Position numbers and translations under genes: made by a program
NCBI GenBank assembly: GCA_035534915.1
Contig: DATLQZ010000111.1
Location: forward strand, 16,258 to 80,257
Direction: 5' to 3'
Origin: Candidatus Dormiibacterota bacterium
Lineage (GTDB): Bacteria > Chloroflexota > Dormibacteria > Aeolococcales > Bog-877
DNA: 64,000 bases
Notes under the pieces: model-generated
Database searches by the model: none
The model's input: the letters and a program-made list of their open reading frames with translations, nothing else
What the model was told of the DNA's origin: nothing
In this document: one piece after another, positions 8,756-18,437 of the stretch
How the letters are laid out: the number at the start of each line of letters is the position of its first letter
Position numbering within the stretch: position 1 is the first letter of the stretch

Positions 8756-10069
8756 GTGATGGCTGAGCTGGTCCCCAACCGGCTGGAAACCCTGGTCTCG
8801 CTGTGCAAGCGCCGCGGCTTCGTGTACCAGAGCAGCGAGATCTACGGTGGCATCAACGCCGTCTACGACTTCGGTCCCCTGGGGGTTCGGCTGCGACGGA
8901 GGATACGCGACCTCTGGTGGCGGGAGATGGTGGAGCTTCGCGATGACGTGGAAGGGGTGGAGGCGGCGATCCTCATGAACCCGATGGTCTGGCAGGCCTC
9001 CGGGCATCTGTCCAATTTCAGCGACCCGCTGGTCGACTGCCTGGGGGAGTGCCACCAGCGTTGGCGTTCAGACCACCTAGAGGGGGATCGTTGTCCAAAC
9101 TGCGGAGGTCCCCTAAGTGCGCCGCGGCAGTTCAACCTGATGTTCAAGACGTTCATCGGACCGGTCGAGGACGAGGGCTCGGTGGTCTACCTGCGGCCCG
9201 AGACAGCGCAGGGGATGTTTGTGAATTTCAAGAACATCTTGGGCAGCTCGCGCCAGCGCATCCCATTCGGCATTGCCCAGATCGGTCGCAGCTTTCGCAA
9301 TGAGATTTCGACTGGTAACTTCATCTTCCGCCTCCGCGAGCTGGAAATGATGGAGATGGAGTGGTTCACCACCCCCGGTGACGATGCGCGGTGGTTCGAA
9401 TACTGGTGTGAGCAGAGAATGGGGTGGCACCAGAGCTTGGGCCTCAGGCCAGAGCATCTGCGGCTGCGACCGCACGGTGAGGATGAGAAGGCTCACTACG
9501 CTCTCGCCTCCTCCGACATTGAGTACCTGTACCCGTGGGGGTGGGGGGAGTTGGAGGGAATCGCTCGGCGTGGCGACTTCGATTTGACGCGCCACCAGGA
9601 GGCCAGTGGCAAGGATCTCCAGTACACAGACCCGGCGACTGGGGCTCGCTTTCTGCCCTTCGTGGTAGAGCCGGCACTGGGGGTCGACCGCACCTTCCTG
9701 GCACTGCTGCTGGATGCCTACGCGGAGGAGGAGGTGCGAGGTGAGACCCGCGTCGTGCTGCATCTGAGCCCTCGAGTAGCACCGTTCCAGGTGGCGGTGC
9801 TACCGCTCTCCAAGAAGCAAGAGCTGACAGAGGTCGCGCGTAAGCTTGAGGGTGACCTCCGGAGCCACTTCGCGACCGACTATGACGACACCCAGTCGAT
9901 TGGGAAGCGCTATCGGCGTCAGGATGAGATCGGCACTCCGCTGGCTGTCACCATCGACTTCGATACTCTCGAGGACCACGCGGCGACGCTTCGAGATCGT
10001 GACACGATGGAGCAGGTGCGGATCCCCCTGGATCGGCTTGCCGAAGTTTGCGCGGAGAGACTGAAGTGA
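8756..10069 (+). CDS. glyQS: Glycine--tRNA ligase (dimeric class II, GlyQS type)
   Basis: LVSLCKRRGFVYQSSEIYGGINAVYDFGPLG, YLRPETAQGMFVNF, GRSFRNEISTGNFIFRLRELEMMEMEWF, and a C-terminal anticodon-binding domain. Confidence 0.95.
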   Translation: MMAELVPNRLETLVSLCKRRGFVYQSSEIYGGINAVYDFGPLGVRLRRRIRDLWWREMVELRDDVEGVEAAILMNPMVWQASGHLSNFSDPLVDCLGECHQRWRSDHLEGDRCPNCGGPLSAPRQFNLMFKTFIGPVEDEGSVVYLRPETAQGMFVNFKNILGSSRQRIPFGIAQIGRSFRNEISTGNFIFRLRELEMMEMEWFTTPGDDARWFEYWCEQRMGWHQSLGLRPEHLRLRPHGEDEKAHYALASSDIEYLYPWGWGELEGIARRGDFDLTRHQEASGKDLQYTDPATGARFLPFVVEPALGVDRTFLALLLDAYAEEEVRGETRVVLHLSPRVAPFQVAVLPLSKKQELTEVARKLEGDLRSHFATDYDDTQSIGKRYRRQDEIGTPLAVTIDFDTLEDHAATLRDRDTMEQVRIPLDRLAEVCAERLK

Positions 10070-10127
10070 GGATCGGGAAGCGGCTCCTGGCGTCCGGAGT
10101 TCGAGTTGCGATGGGCGGCACGCATGC

Positions 10128-10895
10128 ATGGGGAGGAACCTTGAGGTGAGCGACCGCGGGGTCCTCGTGACAGGTGCATCCCGAGGAATTGGTCGGGCCA
10201 CAGCTCTGGCGTTCGCCAGGCTCGGAGACAGGGTAGCGGTGCACCATCGCGACTCTGAGGAGCTGGCCGCTCAGCTGGTGGCGGAGCTGCCCGGAACTGG
10301 TCACCTGACCGTGGGGGGAGACCTGGCGGATCCCGAGATAGCCAAGGCGGTCGTTGATTTGGCGGTTGCGGGCCTGGGCAGGGTTGACGTTCTGGTCAAC
10401 AACGCCGGCACCAGCATCCTTCACGACCTGACTCAGATGGACTTCGAGGAGTGGCGGGCTGCCTTCGACCGTACTATAGCTGTCAATCTCGCCGGCGCCG
10501 CCTACGTCAGCTACTTCGTGGCCCGGCAGATGATGGGAGCGGGGGGCAGGATAGTGAACGTCTCCTCCCGTGGCGCCTTTCGAGGCGAGCCGGGTCAGCC
10601 CGGTTACGGCGCCAGCAAGGCGGGGCTAAATGCGTTCGGCCAGTCGTTGGCACTGGCCCTTGGGGGATATGGGATCGCGGTCGCCACGGTAGCTCCAGGG
10701 TGGGTGGCAACGGACATGTCGAATGAGGAGCTGAAGCGTCCGCGAGGCGGCGCCATCCTGGAGCAGAGCCCCTTCCACCGGATCGCGGAGCCCGAGGAGG
10801 TAGCTGCTGCCATCGTGTTCCTCGCCTCGCCGGAGGCCACCTTCACCAGCGGCGCTATCCTCGATGTCAACGGCGCGTCATACCTCCGCAGCTGA
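10128..10895 (+). CDS. SDR-family oxidoreductase (FabG-like)
   Basis: TGASRGIGRA cofactor motif, NNAG, and a YGASKAG catalytic Tyr-Lys. Confidence 0.85.
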   Translation: MGRNLEVSDRGVLVTGASRGIGRATALAFARLGDRVAVHHRDSEELAAQLVAELPGTGHLTVGGDLADPEIAKAVVDLAVAGLGRVDVLVNNAGTSILHDLTQMDFEEWRAAFDRTIAVNLAGAAYVSYFVARQMMGAGGRIVNVSSRGAFRGEPGQPGYGASKAGLNAFGQSLALALGGYGIAVATVAPGWVATDMSNEELKRPRGGAILEQSPFHRIAEPEEVAAAIVFLASPEATFTSGAILDVNGASYLRS

Positions 10896-10930
10896 ACCAG
10901 GGGCAGGTACGGGCCAGCTCTGGGCCAGTT

Positions 10931-11704
10931 TTAGAACCCTGGGAAAAGGCTTCTCAACTCGTCGAGATCAACGCCGCCAGCCTTCGCCGGAGGGGTGTGG
11001 CCGCTATCAAGTCGACCATAGACGAGCCGGACCAGAGCCTCAGCCGGCAGGGTTAATGCAACCGCTCCGCTGCCACTCTCGCTCCCGCGCAGAAGCACTG
11101 TGTCACTGACCTCAAGGTGGAAGTGCCGCTCTGGGTCGCTCGTGGAGATGCCAAGCCGAAGCACCTTCGTCCCAGCCTTACCGGTCCTCGCCGCCAGCTC
11201 GGGAACGGTATCGATTAGGAGATTGACGGCGCTGGATCCCACGAGTGCCTTGGAGTCCAACGCCACTGCGATGTCCCAGGTGTGAATCGCGTGCTCGCTG
11301 AGTCGCATCCGCGCCAGCCCGGCCCAATCGAGGTCCCGACCGAAGAGGCTTAGGTGAAACCGCCTCTGGTCCTCCGCGCCGGTCTGCTCCAAACGCGTCA
11401 GGAGTTCCGCATCCCCGCGGATCGCGTCGCGGGCCTGGGCCTCCGGCGTGCGCGCATTCCAGCTGTCCCAGATGGGTTGGAACTGCTCACGACCGGGGGC
11501 TGCCTCATCACTGAGACCGGCTTTCAGGAAGAGTTGGAAGATCTCGGCCTGGGAACCCAGATGGGAAAGTACGTCTGCGATCGACCACTCGGTGGCATAC
11601 GACGTCGAGCGGAGCGCTCCGCTCGACAGGTCGCTGCTCACACTCCGCAGCCGCTGATGCGAATCGCGCAGCGCCGAGATCCAGGGTGTCGGATCGGTTG
11701 CCAT
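10931..11704 (-). CDS. DinB/maleylpyruvate-isomerase-family (mycothiol-dependent type) protein with SCP2-like C-terminal domain
   Basis: EWSIADVLSHLGSQAEIF metal-binding helix. ATG at 11704 is preceded by GGAGGA, so I preferred it over the ORF-track start at 11761. Confidence 0.65.
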   Translation of the reverse strand: MATDPTPWISALRDSHQRLRSVSSDLSSGALRSTSYATEWSIADVLSHLGSQAEIFQLFLKAGLSDEAAPGREQFQPIWDSWNARTPEAQARDAIRGDAELLTRLEQTGAEDQRRFHLSLFGRDLDWAGLARMRLSEHAIHTWDIAVALDSKALVGSSAVNLLIDTVPELAARTGKAGTKVLRLGISTSDPERHFHLEVSDTVLLRGSESGSGAVALTLPAEALVRLVYGRLDSGHTPPAKAGGVDLDELRSLFPGF

Positions 11705-11830
11705 GGCGTTCCTCCAAAGTCGAGTTTCAGGGAAGGGTGGATAAGCTGGCGGTTGGCGCAATCGACCGTGAGTCGAAGGTCTTAAGGTCGTTCGGCGCCG
11801 AGCGCTGGACCGGGCCAGCTCTCCTCCATC

Positions 11831-12397
11831 TCAGGGACGGACGAAGCGAGCCCTGACCGTGGTCACGACCGTGCGAGACGCCATGCCCATCGGGCTCCAG
11901 GTCATGGTGAGCCTGGTCCGGTCCAGCGCGATCTCCGCTGTCAAACCGATTGACTCGGTTCCGGCTCCCTCGACGGTCGCCTTGAATTCGAGGGGAGTGC
12001 TCACCCCAGCTGCGGTGAGCAGACCGGAGCAGGCGAGGGTCTTGATCCCGGTCGGTCGCGCGGAGGTCAAGCTCAGCTCCACCCCAGGGTGCTCCGCGGC
12101 CTTGAAGAAATCGGCGGACCGAAGGTGTACGTCTCGCTTGGCGTTCTGGGTGTCCACCGAGGCGGCCTGCAAGGTCACCTGCCCGGAGATGGCGCTGTCT
12201 GGGCCGATCGCAATCTCTCCTGTCGCACCAGCCAGGGAGCCTTTCACGGTCATCGCTCCCCAGAAGTGCTTGACCTGAAAGTTCGCACTGGTCGCCGCGG
12301 GGTCCACCACCCACCGTCCGGCGGCGGAGGCATCAGCGAGCCACGCTGCGACGTCGACGGGTGCCCCAGTTTGTAACTCGGTTTGGTTCAATCCCAT
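11831..12397 (-). CDS. YceI-family polyisoprenoid-binding protein
   Basis: FQVKHFWGAMTVKGSL...SVDTQNAKRDVHLRSADFF is the YceI signature. Confidence 0.85.
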   Translation of the reverse strand: MGLNQTELQTGAPVDVAAWLADASAAGRWVVDPAATSANFQVKHFWGAMTVKGSLAGATGEIAIGPDSAISGQVTLQAASVDTQNAKRDVHLRSADFFKAAEHPGVELSLTSARPTGIKTLACSGLLTAAGVSTPLEFKATVEGAGTESIGLTAEIALDRTRLTMTWSPMGMASRTVVTTVRARFVRP

Positions 12398-12439
12398 TGC
12401 TTACTCCAACTTGAATCTGTTTGGGAGGCTCCGGTATAT

Positions 12440-12493
12440 ATGGAGGGTCTCCTCCGGAAAAGTTTATCAGGAAATGGAGGGTGTCCTCCGAAT
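12440..12493. promoter_or_regulatory. Two copies of a 19-20 nt repeat with internal dyad (ATGGAGGGTCTCCTCCGGA / ATGGAGGGTGTCCTCCGAA), candidate TetR operator pair in the yceI-tetR divergent region
   Basis: Read directly. Each copy contains GGAGG-N4-CCTCC. The copies are 34 bp apart (start to start). Confidence 0.45.
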
Positions 12494-12506
12494 GGGCTAG
12501 AGTGGC

Positions 12507-13208
12507 GTGGTGCCCAGCGGTCCAGACCCGAGTCGAACCAACTCGCCGGAGCGGACGCCACCTAGTAAGCGTTTGCGACTTGATGCGCAGCGCAACCGTG
12601 CCGCCATCCTGGTCGCCGCCGAGGAGGTGTTCGCGGAGCAGGGCCTGGATGCCCCGTTGGAGGAGGTAGCCGCTCGCGCCGGAGTCGGAATCGCCACCCT
12701 GTACCGCCGCTTTCCCAAACGCGAACAGTTGGTGGCGGCGGCGCTCGTCGAGACCATCCGCCAGTACGCTCAGAGGGCGGAGGAAGCGCTGGCGGAACCC
12801 GACCCGTGGGCAGCCCTCGTGAGCCTAGTGGAGGAGGTCTGTTCGCTCCAGGCTAGAGACCTGGGACTTGGCGACCTCCTGACCATGGTGCTGCCGGCTG
12901 ATAAGCAGGTGGAGAGGTTGCGCCAGGTGGCCAATGACCACGTGGTGAAGTTGGTTGAGCGCGCCAAGGCTGCGGGACAACTCCGTCCCGACTTTGTGGG
13001 GGAGGACCTTCTGCTTCTGATGATCGCCAACTCCGCGATCGCTCACATCACCGGTCAGGATGCCCGCGCGGCGTCACCCCGCTTCGTCGCTTTGATGTTG
13101 GAGGCGTTTCGAGCCGATGGCAGGGGCGCCCTGCCGGAGCCGCCGACCGGCGACGCTATGGAGAAGGCGATGCGGCGCATGGCCCTGGAGCGGGGATGTG
13201 GCGAGTGA
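12507..13208 (+). CDS. TetR/AcrR-family transcriptional regulator
   Basis: N-terminal HTH: NRAAILVAAEEVFAEQGLDAPLEEVAARAGVGIATLYRRFPKREQL. Confidence 0.85.
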   Translation: MVPSGPDPSRTNSPERTPPSKRLRLDAQRNRAAILVAAEEVFAEQGLDAPLEEVAARAGVGIATLYRRFPKREQLVAAALVETIRQYAQRAEEALAEPDPWAALVSLVEEVCSLQARDLGLGDLLTMVLPADKQVERLRQVANDHVVKLVERAKAAGQLRPDFVGEDLLLLMIANSAIAHITGQDARAASPRFVALMLEAFRADGRGALPEPPTGDAMEKAMRRMALERGCGE

Positions 13209-13344
13209 GCGCGGAGGAGGGCCGCTCATGGGCCGGCGAACCGATCGGGATTACGGAGGCGGGCCGACGCCAGTCCGGTCGAATTCCGCCGGCGCTATAG
13301 CAAGCATTCAGACATATCGCCAGTCTTCTGGTGGGGCCGACCGC

Positions 13345-14745
13345 TCAGAGTGCGAACTCGTGGTGGATTGCCACCACCGCCTCCGTGAGTTCATCTGCCA
13401 GCACCGCTGCGGAGACGCTGAGCTCGGATGATCCTTGGGAGATCGCCACGACGTTTATGTGACGCTCCGCCAGTGCGCCGAACAGGCGAGCCGCGATGCC
13501 CGGGGTGCCGCGCATCGCCTCACCAACTACGACGACTATTCCGACTCGGGGGGTCTCGTCAATAGACCCCAGACCACTCGCCGATGACTCGAGATCGCGA
13601 AGGCGCTCCAGATGGGCTCCCATCCGCAGGCCGTGCTGGCCATCCACGGCGAAGCAGAAGACGTTGTCCGCGGACGACTGGGTCACCATGAGGGTTGGCA
13701 CCCGCTCTTCGTCGAGCGCCCGCAGGACCGACGTGGCCACCTTGGTGAAGGAGACTCCGTCGGCCCCTCCGACGGTGAACAGTCGGGCGTCGGAGGTGTG
13801 GGCGATGGCCCTTACTCCCGGCGCGTTCCGCACCCCCGGCGCGATCGTGGTGCCGTCCCGCTCGGGCGCCAGCGTGTTGCGTATTCGGACCGGGACGCCG
13901 AAGCGATGGGGCAGCTCCATGGAGTTGGGGTGGAGCACCTTGGCGCCGAAGAAGGCAAGCTCGATTGCCTCGCGATATGAGAGCTCGGGGATCACCCGGG
14001 CGTGCGGCACCAGCCGCGGGTCGGCAGTCATGACTCCGTCCACATCGGTCCAGATCCAGATCTCGTCCGCGGGCAGCAGAGTCCCCAGTATCGTCGCCGT
14101 GTAGTCGGAGCCGCCCCGTCCCAGGGTGGTGCACTGTCCTTCCGCCGTCTCCGCCCTGAAGCCGGTGACGACCGGAATGATCCCTACTTCCAACATCGGC
14201 TTGAGGGTTGACTGGATCCTGTCCCGGCTGGGGTTGAGCAGGGGCGCCGCCTGCCCGAAGTGGTCATCGGTGACTATCAGCAGGGCGGAATCGACCGATT
14301 CGGCCGGCAGCCCCAGAGCCCTCAGCGAAGAGGCAACCAAAACGGCCGCCATCAGCTCGCCAAGGCTGGAGATTGAGTCCATCTCCTGGGCAGTCACCAG
14401 TCCGCGCCGCGAGATACCGTCGCATACCCCCCGCAGCGTCGCCAGATGGGTCAGGAGGTGGGATCGAACCTGCTCGGCCTCCAGCTCGGGAGCCACGGCC
14501 TGGGCGCAGTGGAGGTGATCCTGTTCCAGCTGGTCCGCCAGTGCCCTCCATCTTCCGATCTCGCCCTGTGAGGCGGCGCGGGCCGCCTCCACCAGTGTGT
14601 CGGTGGTCTCGCCCATGGCGGATACCACCACCAGAAGCGGCCCGGCCGCCCGCCGGTCTCGGATTATCTGAGAGACCCTGGCGATGCGCTCGGCAGACCC
14701 CAGGGACGTTCCGCCAAACTTCATGACCTTGGTCCCAGCGGTCAT
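13345..14745 (-). CDS. lysC: Aspartate kinase (monofunctional, C-terminal ACT domains)
   Basis: KVMKFGGTSLGSAERI, VVVSAMGETTD, LGRGGSDYTA. Confidence 0.9.
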   Translation of the reverse strand: MTAGTKVMKFGGTSLGSAERIARVSQIIRDRRAAGPLLVVVSAMGETTDTLVEAARAASQGEIGRWRALADQLEQDHLHCAQAVAPELEAEQVRSHLLTHLATLRGVCDGISRRGLVTAQEMDSISSLGELMAAVLVASSLRALGLPAESVDSALLIVTDDHFGQAAPLLNPSRDRIQSTLKPMLEVGIIPVVTGFRAETAEGQCTTLGRGGSDYTATILGTLLPADEIWIWTDVDGVMTADPRLVPHARVIPELSYREAIELAFFGAKVLHPNSMELPHRFGVPVRIRNTLAPERDGTTIAPGVRNAPGVRAIAHTSDARLFTVGGADGVSFTKVATSVLRALDEERVPTLMVTQSSADNVFCFAVDGQHGLRMGAHLERLRDLESSASGLGSIDETPRVGIVVVVGEAMRGTPGIAARLFGALAERHINVVAISQGSSELSVSAAVLADELTEAVVAIHHEFAL

Positions 14746-14896
14746 CCCCGCGACCCCATGACTTGGATGCCTCCCTCAGCCCGCCAGCCCTTGCCGACGA
14801 TGGCCTGGAGGGGCCCCCTCCTCGCCAGGGAGACCGCAGCGGGCAGCTCGGATCCGGCTCCTGCGGCGACCAGATGCGCCTGGTCAGGTCGACTGG

Positions 14897-14938
14897 GGCC
14901 GGAGGCGCTGACGGTTCTCAACGTCCGCGCCTCCGGCC
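14897..14938 (-). terminator. Perfect 12-bp GC stem (GGCCGGAGGCGC-N18-GCGCCTCCGGCC) 27 nt downstream of the thrC stop, inside the 219-bp thrC-ask spacer
   Basis: Read directly. No U-tract follows, so it could be a terminator or part of an ask leader structure. Confidence 0.35.
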
Positions 14939-14964
14939 GACGGACTGGGATCTCGTCCCTCGAC

Positions 14965-16206
14965 TCATGCTACCCCGGCAGGCTCGTTCAGAAGGCTCTC
15001 GAATGCATTCAGCCGAGGCGCCAGGGCCTTCGTGGCCGGGAATGTCTGGCTGATGGCGTCGGTGGTCTTCAGCCCATTTCCGGTGATGCACAGGACCGTG
15101 GTCTGGTCGGGCGAGATAGTCCCTTGCGCAAACAACTTGGCCGCGCTGGCGACGGTGACCCCAGCCGCGGTCTCCCCGAAGACCCCCTCTCTTTCCGCCA
15201 GCAGACGGATTCCGGCAACGATCTCGTCGTCAGTAGCGGACTCAGCCCCGCCGCCGCTGTCCTTGATCACCTGGAGCGCCCGGTGCCCGTCGGCGGGGTC
15301 TCCGATGGCGAGAGAGTGGCAGATGGTGTTCGGCCTCTCTGGCACTATGTCGAGCGACCCCCGCCGAGCGGCGTTGGCGATGGGCGCGCATCCGGATGCC
15401 TGCGCACCGAACAGCCGAACCTGGTGGTCCGCCACCAATCCGAGCTGCACCAGCTCACGGAATCCCTTGGCGATTCGGCCGATCTGGGCTCCTCCCGCCA
15501 TGGGCACAACGACGTTGTCTGGCAGGCGCCAGCCCAACTGCTCAGCTATTTCGTAGGCGACTGTCTTTGAACCCTCGGCGTAATAGGCGCGCAGGTTGAT
15601 GTTCACGAATCCCCACGCGTGGGCCTCTGCGATCTCTACGCACAGCCGATTCACCTGGTCGTAGGTCCCATGAACCCGCACCAGCTTGGCTCCGTAGACT
15701 GCCGTTGCCAGCAGTTTGGCGGGCTCCAAGTCGGCTGGGACCAGGATCCACGCCTGCAGCCCCATCCGAGCCGCCTGAGCCGCCACTGCATTGGCCAGGT
15801 TGCCGGTCGAGGCGCAGCCGACAACCGTGAAGCCGAAGGCTCTGGCCTGAGACAGCGCCACTGCCACAACCCGGTCTTTGAACGAGAGGGTGGGAAAACA
15901 GACCGAGTCATTCTTGAGGTGCAGCTTGTCAGCGCCCCATTGGGAACCCAGCTCGGGGGCGTGCACCAATGGGGTGAAACCCACCGGCAACCCAGAGCGA
16001 TGCTCTGCCGCGACCGGAAGCAATTCGGCGTACCGCCAAATGTTGGTCGGTCTGCTCTCGATCTTGGCGCGGGTCAGGAGGCTGCGGATGGTTTTGAGGT
16101 CGTAAGCTACCTCAAGGGGAGTGAAGCACTCCTCACAGAAGGTGATCGGCGCGTTGCCGTAGGGACGGTCACAGCGGGGACATTGCAGCTGAAAGAGGTC
16201 GGACAT
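14965..16206 (-). CDS. thrC: Threonine synthase (with N-terminal zinc-ribbon)
   Basis: CPRCDRPY...FCEEC zinc ribbon; PLP-lysine motif FPTLSFKDR; C-terminal GNGLKT. Confidence 0.9.
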   Translation of the reverse strand: MSDLFQLQCPRCDRPYGNAPITFCEECFTPLEVAYDLKTIRSLLTRAKIESRPTNIWRYAELLPVAAEHRSGLPVGFTPLVHAPELGSQWGADKLHLKNDSVCFPTLSFKDRVVAVALSQARAFGFTVVGCASTGNLANAVAAQAARMGLQAWILVPADLEPAKLLATAVYGAKLVRVHGTYDQVNRLCVEIAEAHAWGFVNINLRAYYAEGSKTVAYEIAEQLGWRLPDNVVVPMAGGAQIGRIAKGFRELVQLGLVADHQVRLFGAQASGCAPIANAARRGSLDIVPERPNTICHSLAIGDPADGHRALQVIKDSGGGAESATDDEIVAGIRLLAEREGVFGETAAGVTVASAAKLFAQGTISPDQTTVLCITGNGLKTTDAISQTFPATKALAPRLNAFESLLNEPAGVA

Positions 16207-16552
16207 TGCTTTGGGTGCTCCTTTGCAGGTGGAGTGGAAGGGAATGGTTCGAGCGGGGCATTCAGGTGCGCGAGCGAGCAGTCACCTGAAGTAGTTACCG
16301 GGGGAGCACCAGCGCTGAGGCGCTAGAGCTTGGTTCGCGTGTCCCCCGTGCCACGCCGGCGCATTCGCCGACCCACCGAGCAACTGACCACGGCCATCCC
16401 GACCGTCCGTTCGTTTTTGGACGCGCCCTCTCGATGCGAGACGGGCAGGCCTTCACCCAAAGTCAGCATGCCAACACTCTAGCGCGAAATGACCAGGCTG
16501 CGCCACCAGGCCGCCTCGCGAACCCCATACCTGGGACACTCATTGCCTAACT

Positions 16553-17611
16553 ATGCAGAGATTTCGAGTCGGCGTCTTAGGCGCTACGGGGGCGGTGGGG
16601 CAGTATCTCGTCGGCCTGCTGGCCGAGCATCCGTGGTTTGTCCTCACCGAGGTGGTGGCCTCTGACAGATCCGCTGGCCGTCCTTATGCCCAGGCTGTCA
16701 GATGGAGAATGCCTACCGCCATTCCGGAGGCCGCCCGCGATCTCACGGTCAAGGATCTTCAATCGGAGCTGGACTGCGACCTGCTCCTCTCCGCCCTGGA
16801 TACGGGTGTGGCTGAGGTTGCTGAGGAGCCGTTTGCGAGGGCAGGATTTCCTGTCATCAGCAACTCTCGCAATCACCGCATGGACCCGGACGTCCCTTTG
16901 GTCATCCCTGAGGTGAACCCTGGCCACCTCGATGCCATCTCAAGCCAGCGCCGAGGCCGAGGGTGGGAAAGAGGACTGCTTCTGACCAACCCAAACTGCT
17001 CCACGATCGGGCTGGCGATGGCGCTCAAGCCTCTTCAGGACCGGTTCGGGCTTGCTGCGGTGCAGGTGACCACCATGCAGGCCATCTCCGGCGCCGGCCT
17101 AGACGGGATCTCGGCGGCCGCGATCCACGACAACGTAATCCCCCACATCGCGGGGGAGGAGGAGAAGCTGGAGGCTGAGCCGAAGAAGATTCTGGGCAGC
17201 TTCGACGGCGCGGCGTTTCGGTCGGCGGAGATCGCCATCAGCGCCCACTGCAACCGGGTGCCGGTTCTGGACGGCCATATGGAGTCGATCTCGGTCAGCC
17301 TCCGGTCCGAGGCCAACTCCCAGGAGGTGGCGGATGCCTTTCGGGAGTTTCGGGCCGATCAGTTGGTCCGCGATCTGCCGTCAGCTCCCATCCATCCGAT
17401 ATTGCTCACCGCGGATGAGTTCAGGCCGCAGCCGCGGCTGGACCGAGGCGTTGCGGCGGGGATGTCCGTGGTGGTCGGGCGGGTGAGGCCGTGCGCGGTG
17501 CTGGACTGGAAGTTCACCGCGCTGGTGCACAACATGGTACGGGGGGCCGCCGGAGCCGCCATCCTCAACGCCGAGTTGCTGGTGGCAGGAGGCTGGCTTG
17601 ACACGGTCTGA
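16553..17611 (+). CDS. asd: Aspartate-semialdehyde dehydrogenase
   Basis: VGVLGATGAVGQ NAD-binding motif, active-site NPNCSTIGL, and an HCNRVPVLDGH histidine. Confidence 0.9.
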   Translation: MQRFRVGVLGATGAVGQYLVGLLAEHPWFVLTEVVASDRSAGRPYAQAVRWRMPTAIPEAARDLTVKDLQSELDCDLLLSALDTGVAEVAEEPFARAGFPVISNSRNHRMDPDVPLVIPEVNPGHLDAISSQRRGRGWERGLLLTNPNCSTIGLAMALKPLQDRFGLAAVQVTTMQAISGAGLDGISAAAIHDNVIPHIAGEEEKLEAEPKKILGSFDGAAFRSAEIAISAHCNRVPVLDGHMESISVSLRSEANSQEVADAFREFRADQLVRDLPSAPIHPILLTADEFRPQPRLDRGVAAGMSVVVGRVRPCAVLDWKFTALVHNMVRGAAGAAILNAELLVAGGWLDTV

Positions 17612-17639
17612 GCCCTCCGACCCGACCGCATGACTCCGG

Positions 17640-18383
17640 CTATCCGAGTTCAGCCACCAGCGGGGCGTGGTCGCTGGGACGCGCTCCGGCGCGCTCCTGG
17701 CGATCCACCCAGATCCGGGTGAGGCGAGCTGCGATTGGGGCGCTGGCCAGCAGCAGGTCGATGCGCATCCCGAGTCCACGCCGGAAGAAGCCCTGGCGAT
17801 AGTCCCAGAAGGTGAAGCCCGGGTCGTCCCTGGTGATCGCCAGGTCCACCAGCCCCTCTGCGATCACCGCCTGCAGGGCAGCCCGCTCCTCAGCGGTGAC
17901 GTGAGTAGCTCCCACGAATGCCTCGGGGTCGAAAACATCCCGATCGGTGGGAGCCACGTTGAAGTCGCCCCCCACCAGCAGGTCTCCATGAGCTAGGTCA
18001 TTGGCCACGACCTGGCTCAATTCCTGAAGCCAGGCCAGTTTGTAGGTGAAAAACGGGTGCCCAATCTCGCGCCCGTTGGGGATGTAGACGCTGGCCAACC
18101 GGACTCCCCCGCAGTCAGCGGAGATGAACCTAGGCTCCGGAAGCCCCGTGGGGGCCGGGGTGCTGAGTCCGCGCACCACTCCTTCGATCCCGACACGGGA
18201 GATGATCGCCACCCCGTTCCACCTGCCGTCGCCGTGGTGAGCTGATTCGTACCCCATCGCGGCGAGGGCGTCCCTTGGGAAGGAGGAGTCTGAGCACTTT
18301 GTCTCCTGAATCAGGAGGACCTCCGGATGCTCCTGTTCCAACCAGCCCAGGACCCGCGGCAACCGCGCGGTCAAGGAGTTCAC
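17640..18383 (-). CDS. xthA: Exodeoxyribonuclease III (EEP fold); true start probably upstream at CTG 18404
   Basis: NSLTARL...EVLLIQETK, GDFNVAP, SDHAPLVAEL. The conserved IATWNV motif lies in frame upstream of the first GTG (see findings). Confidence 0.85.
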   Translation of the reverse strand: MNSLTARLPRVLGWLEQEHPEVLLIQETKCSDSSFPRDALAAMGYESAHHGDGRWNGVAIISRVGIEGVVRGLSTPAPTGLPEPRFISADCGGVRLASVYIPNGREIGHPFFTYKLAWLQELSQVVANDLAHGDLLVGGDFNVAPTDRDVFDPEAFVGATHVTAEERAALQAVIAEGLVDLAITRDDPGFTFWDYRQGFFRRGLGMRIDLLLASAPIAARLTRIWVDRQERAGARPSDHAPLVAELG

Positions 18384-18437
18384 GTTCCAGGTTGCGATCA
18401 GCAGTGGTGGTTCACCTCAAACGCCGAAGCACTGTCA

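Noticed and set aside
16380-16460. CATCGAGAGGGCGCG in the thrC leader (minus strand) as a SAM-I or lysine riboswitch.
   Set aside because: Only the first ~12 nt resemble those consensus sequences. Downstream conserved blocks (GCAACC / GGTGC.AA for SAM-I; GCCGAAG / CTGTCA for the L-box) are absent.
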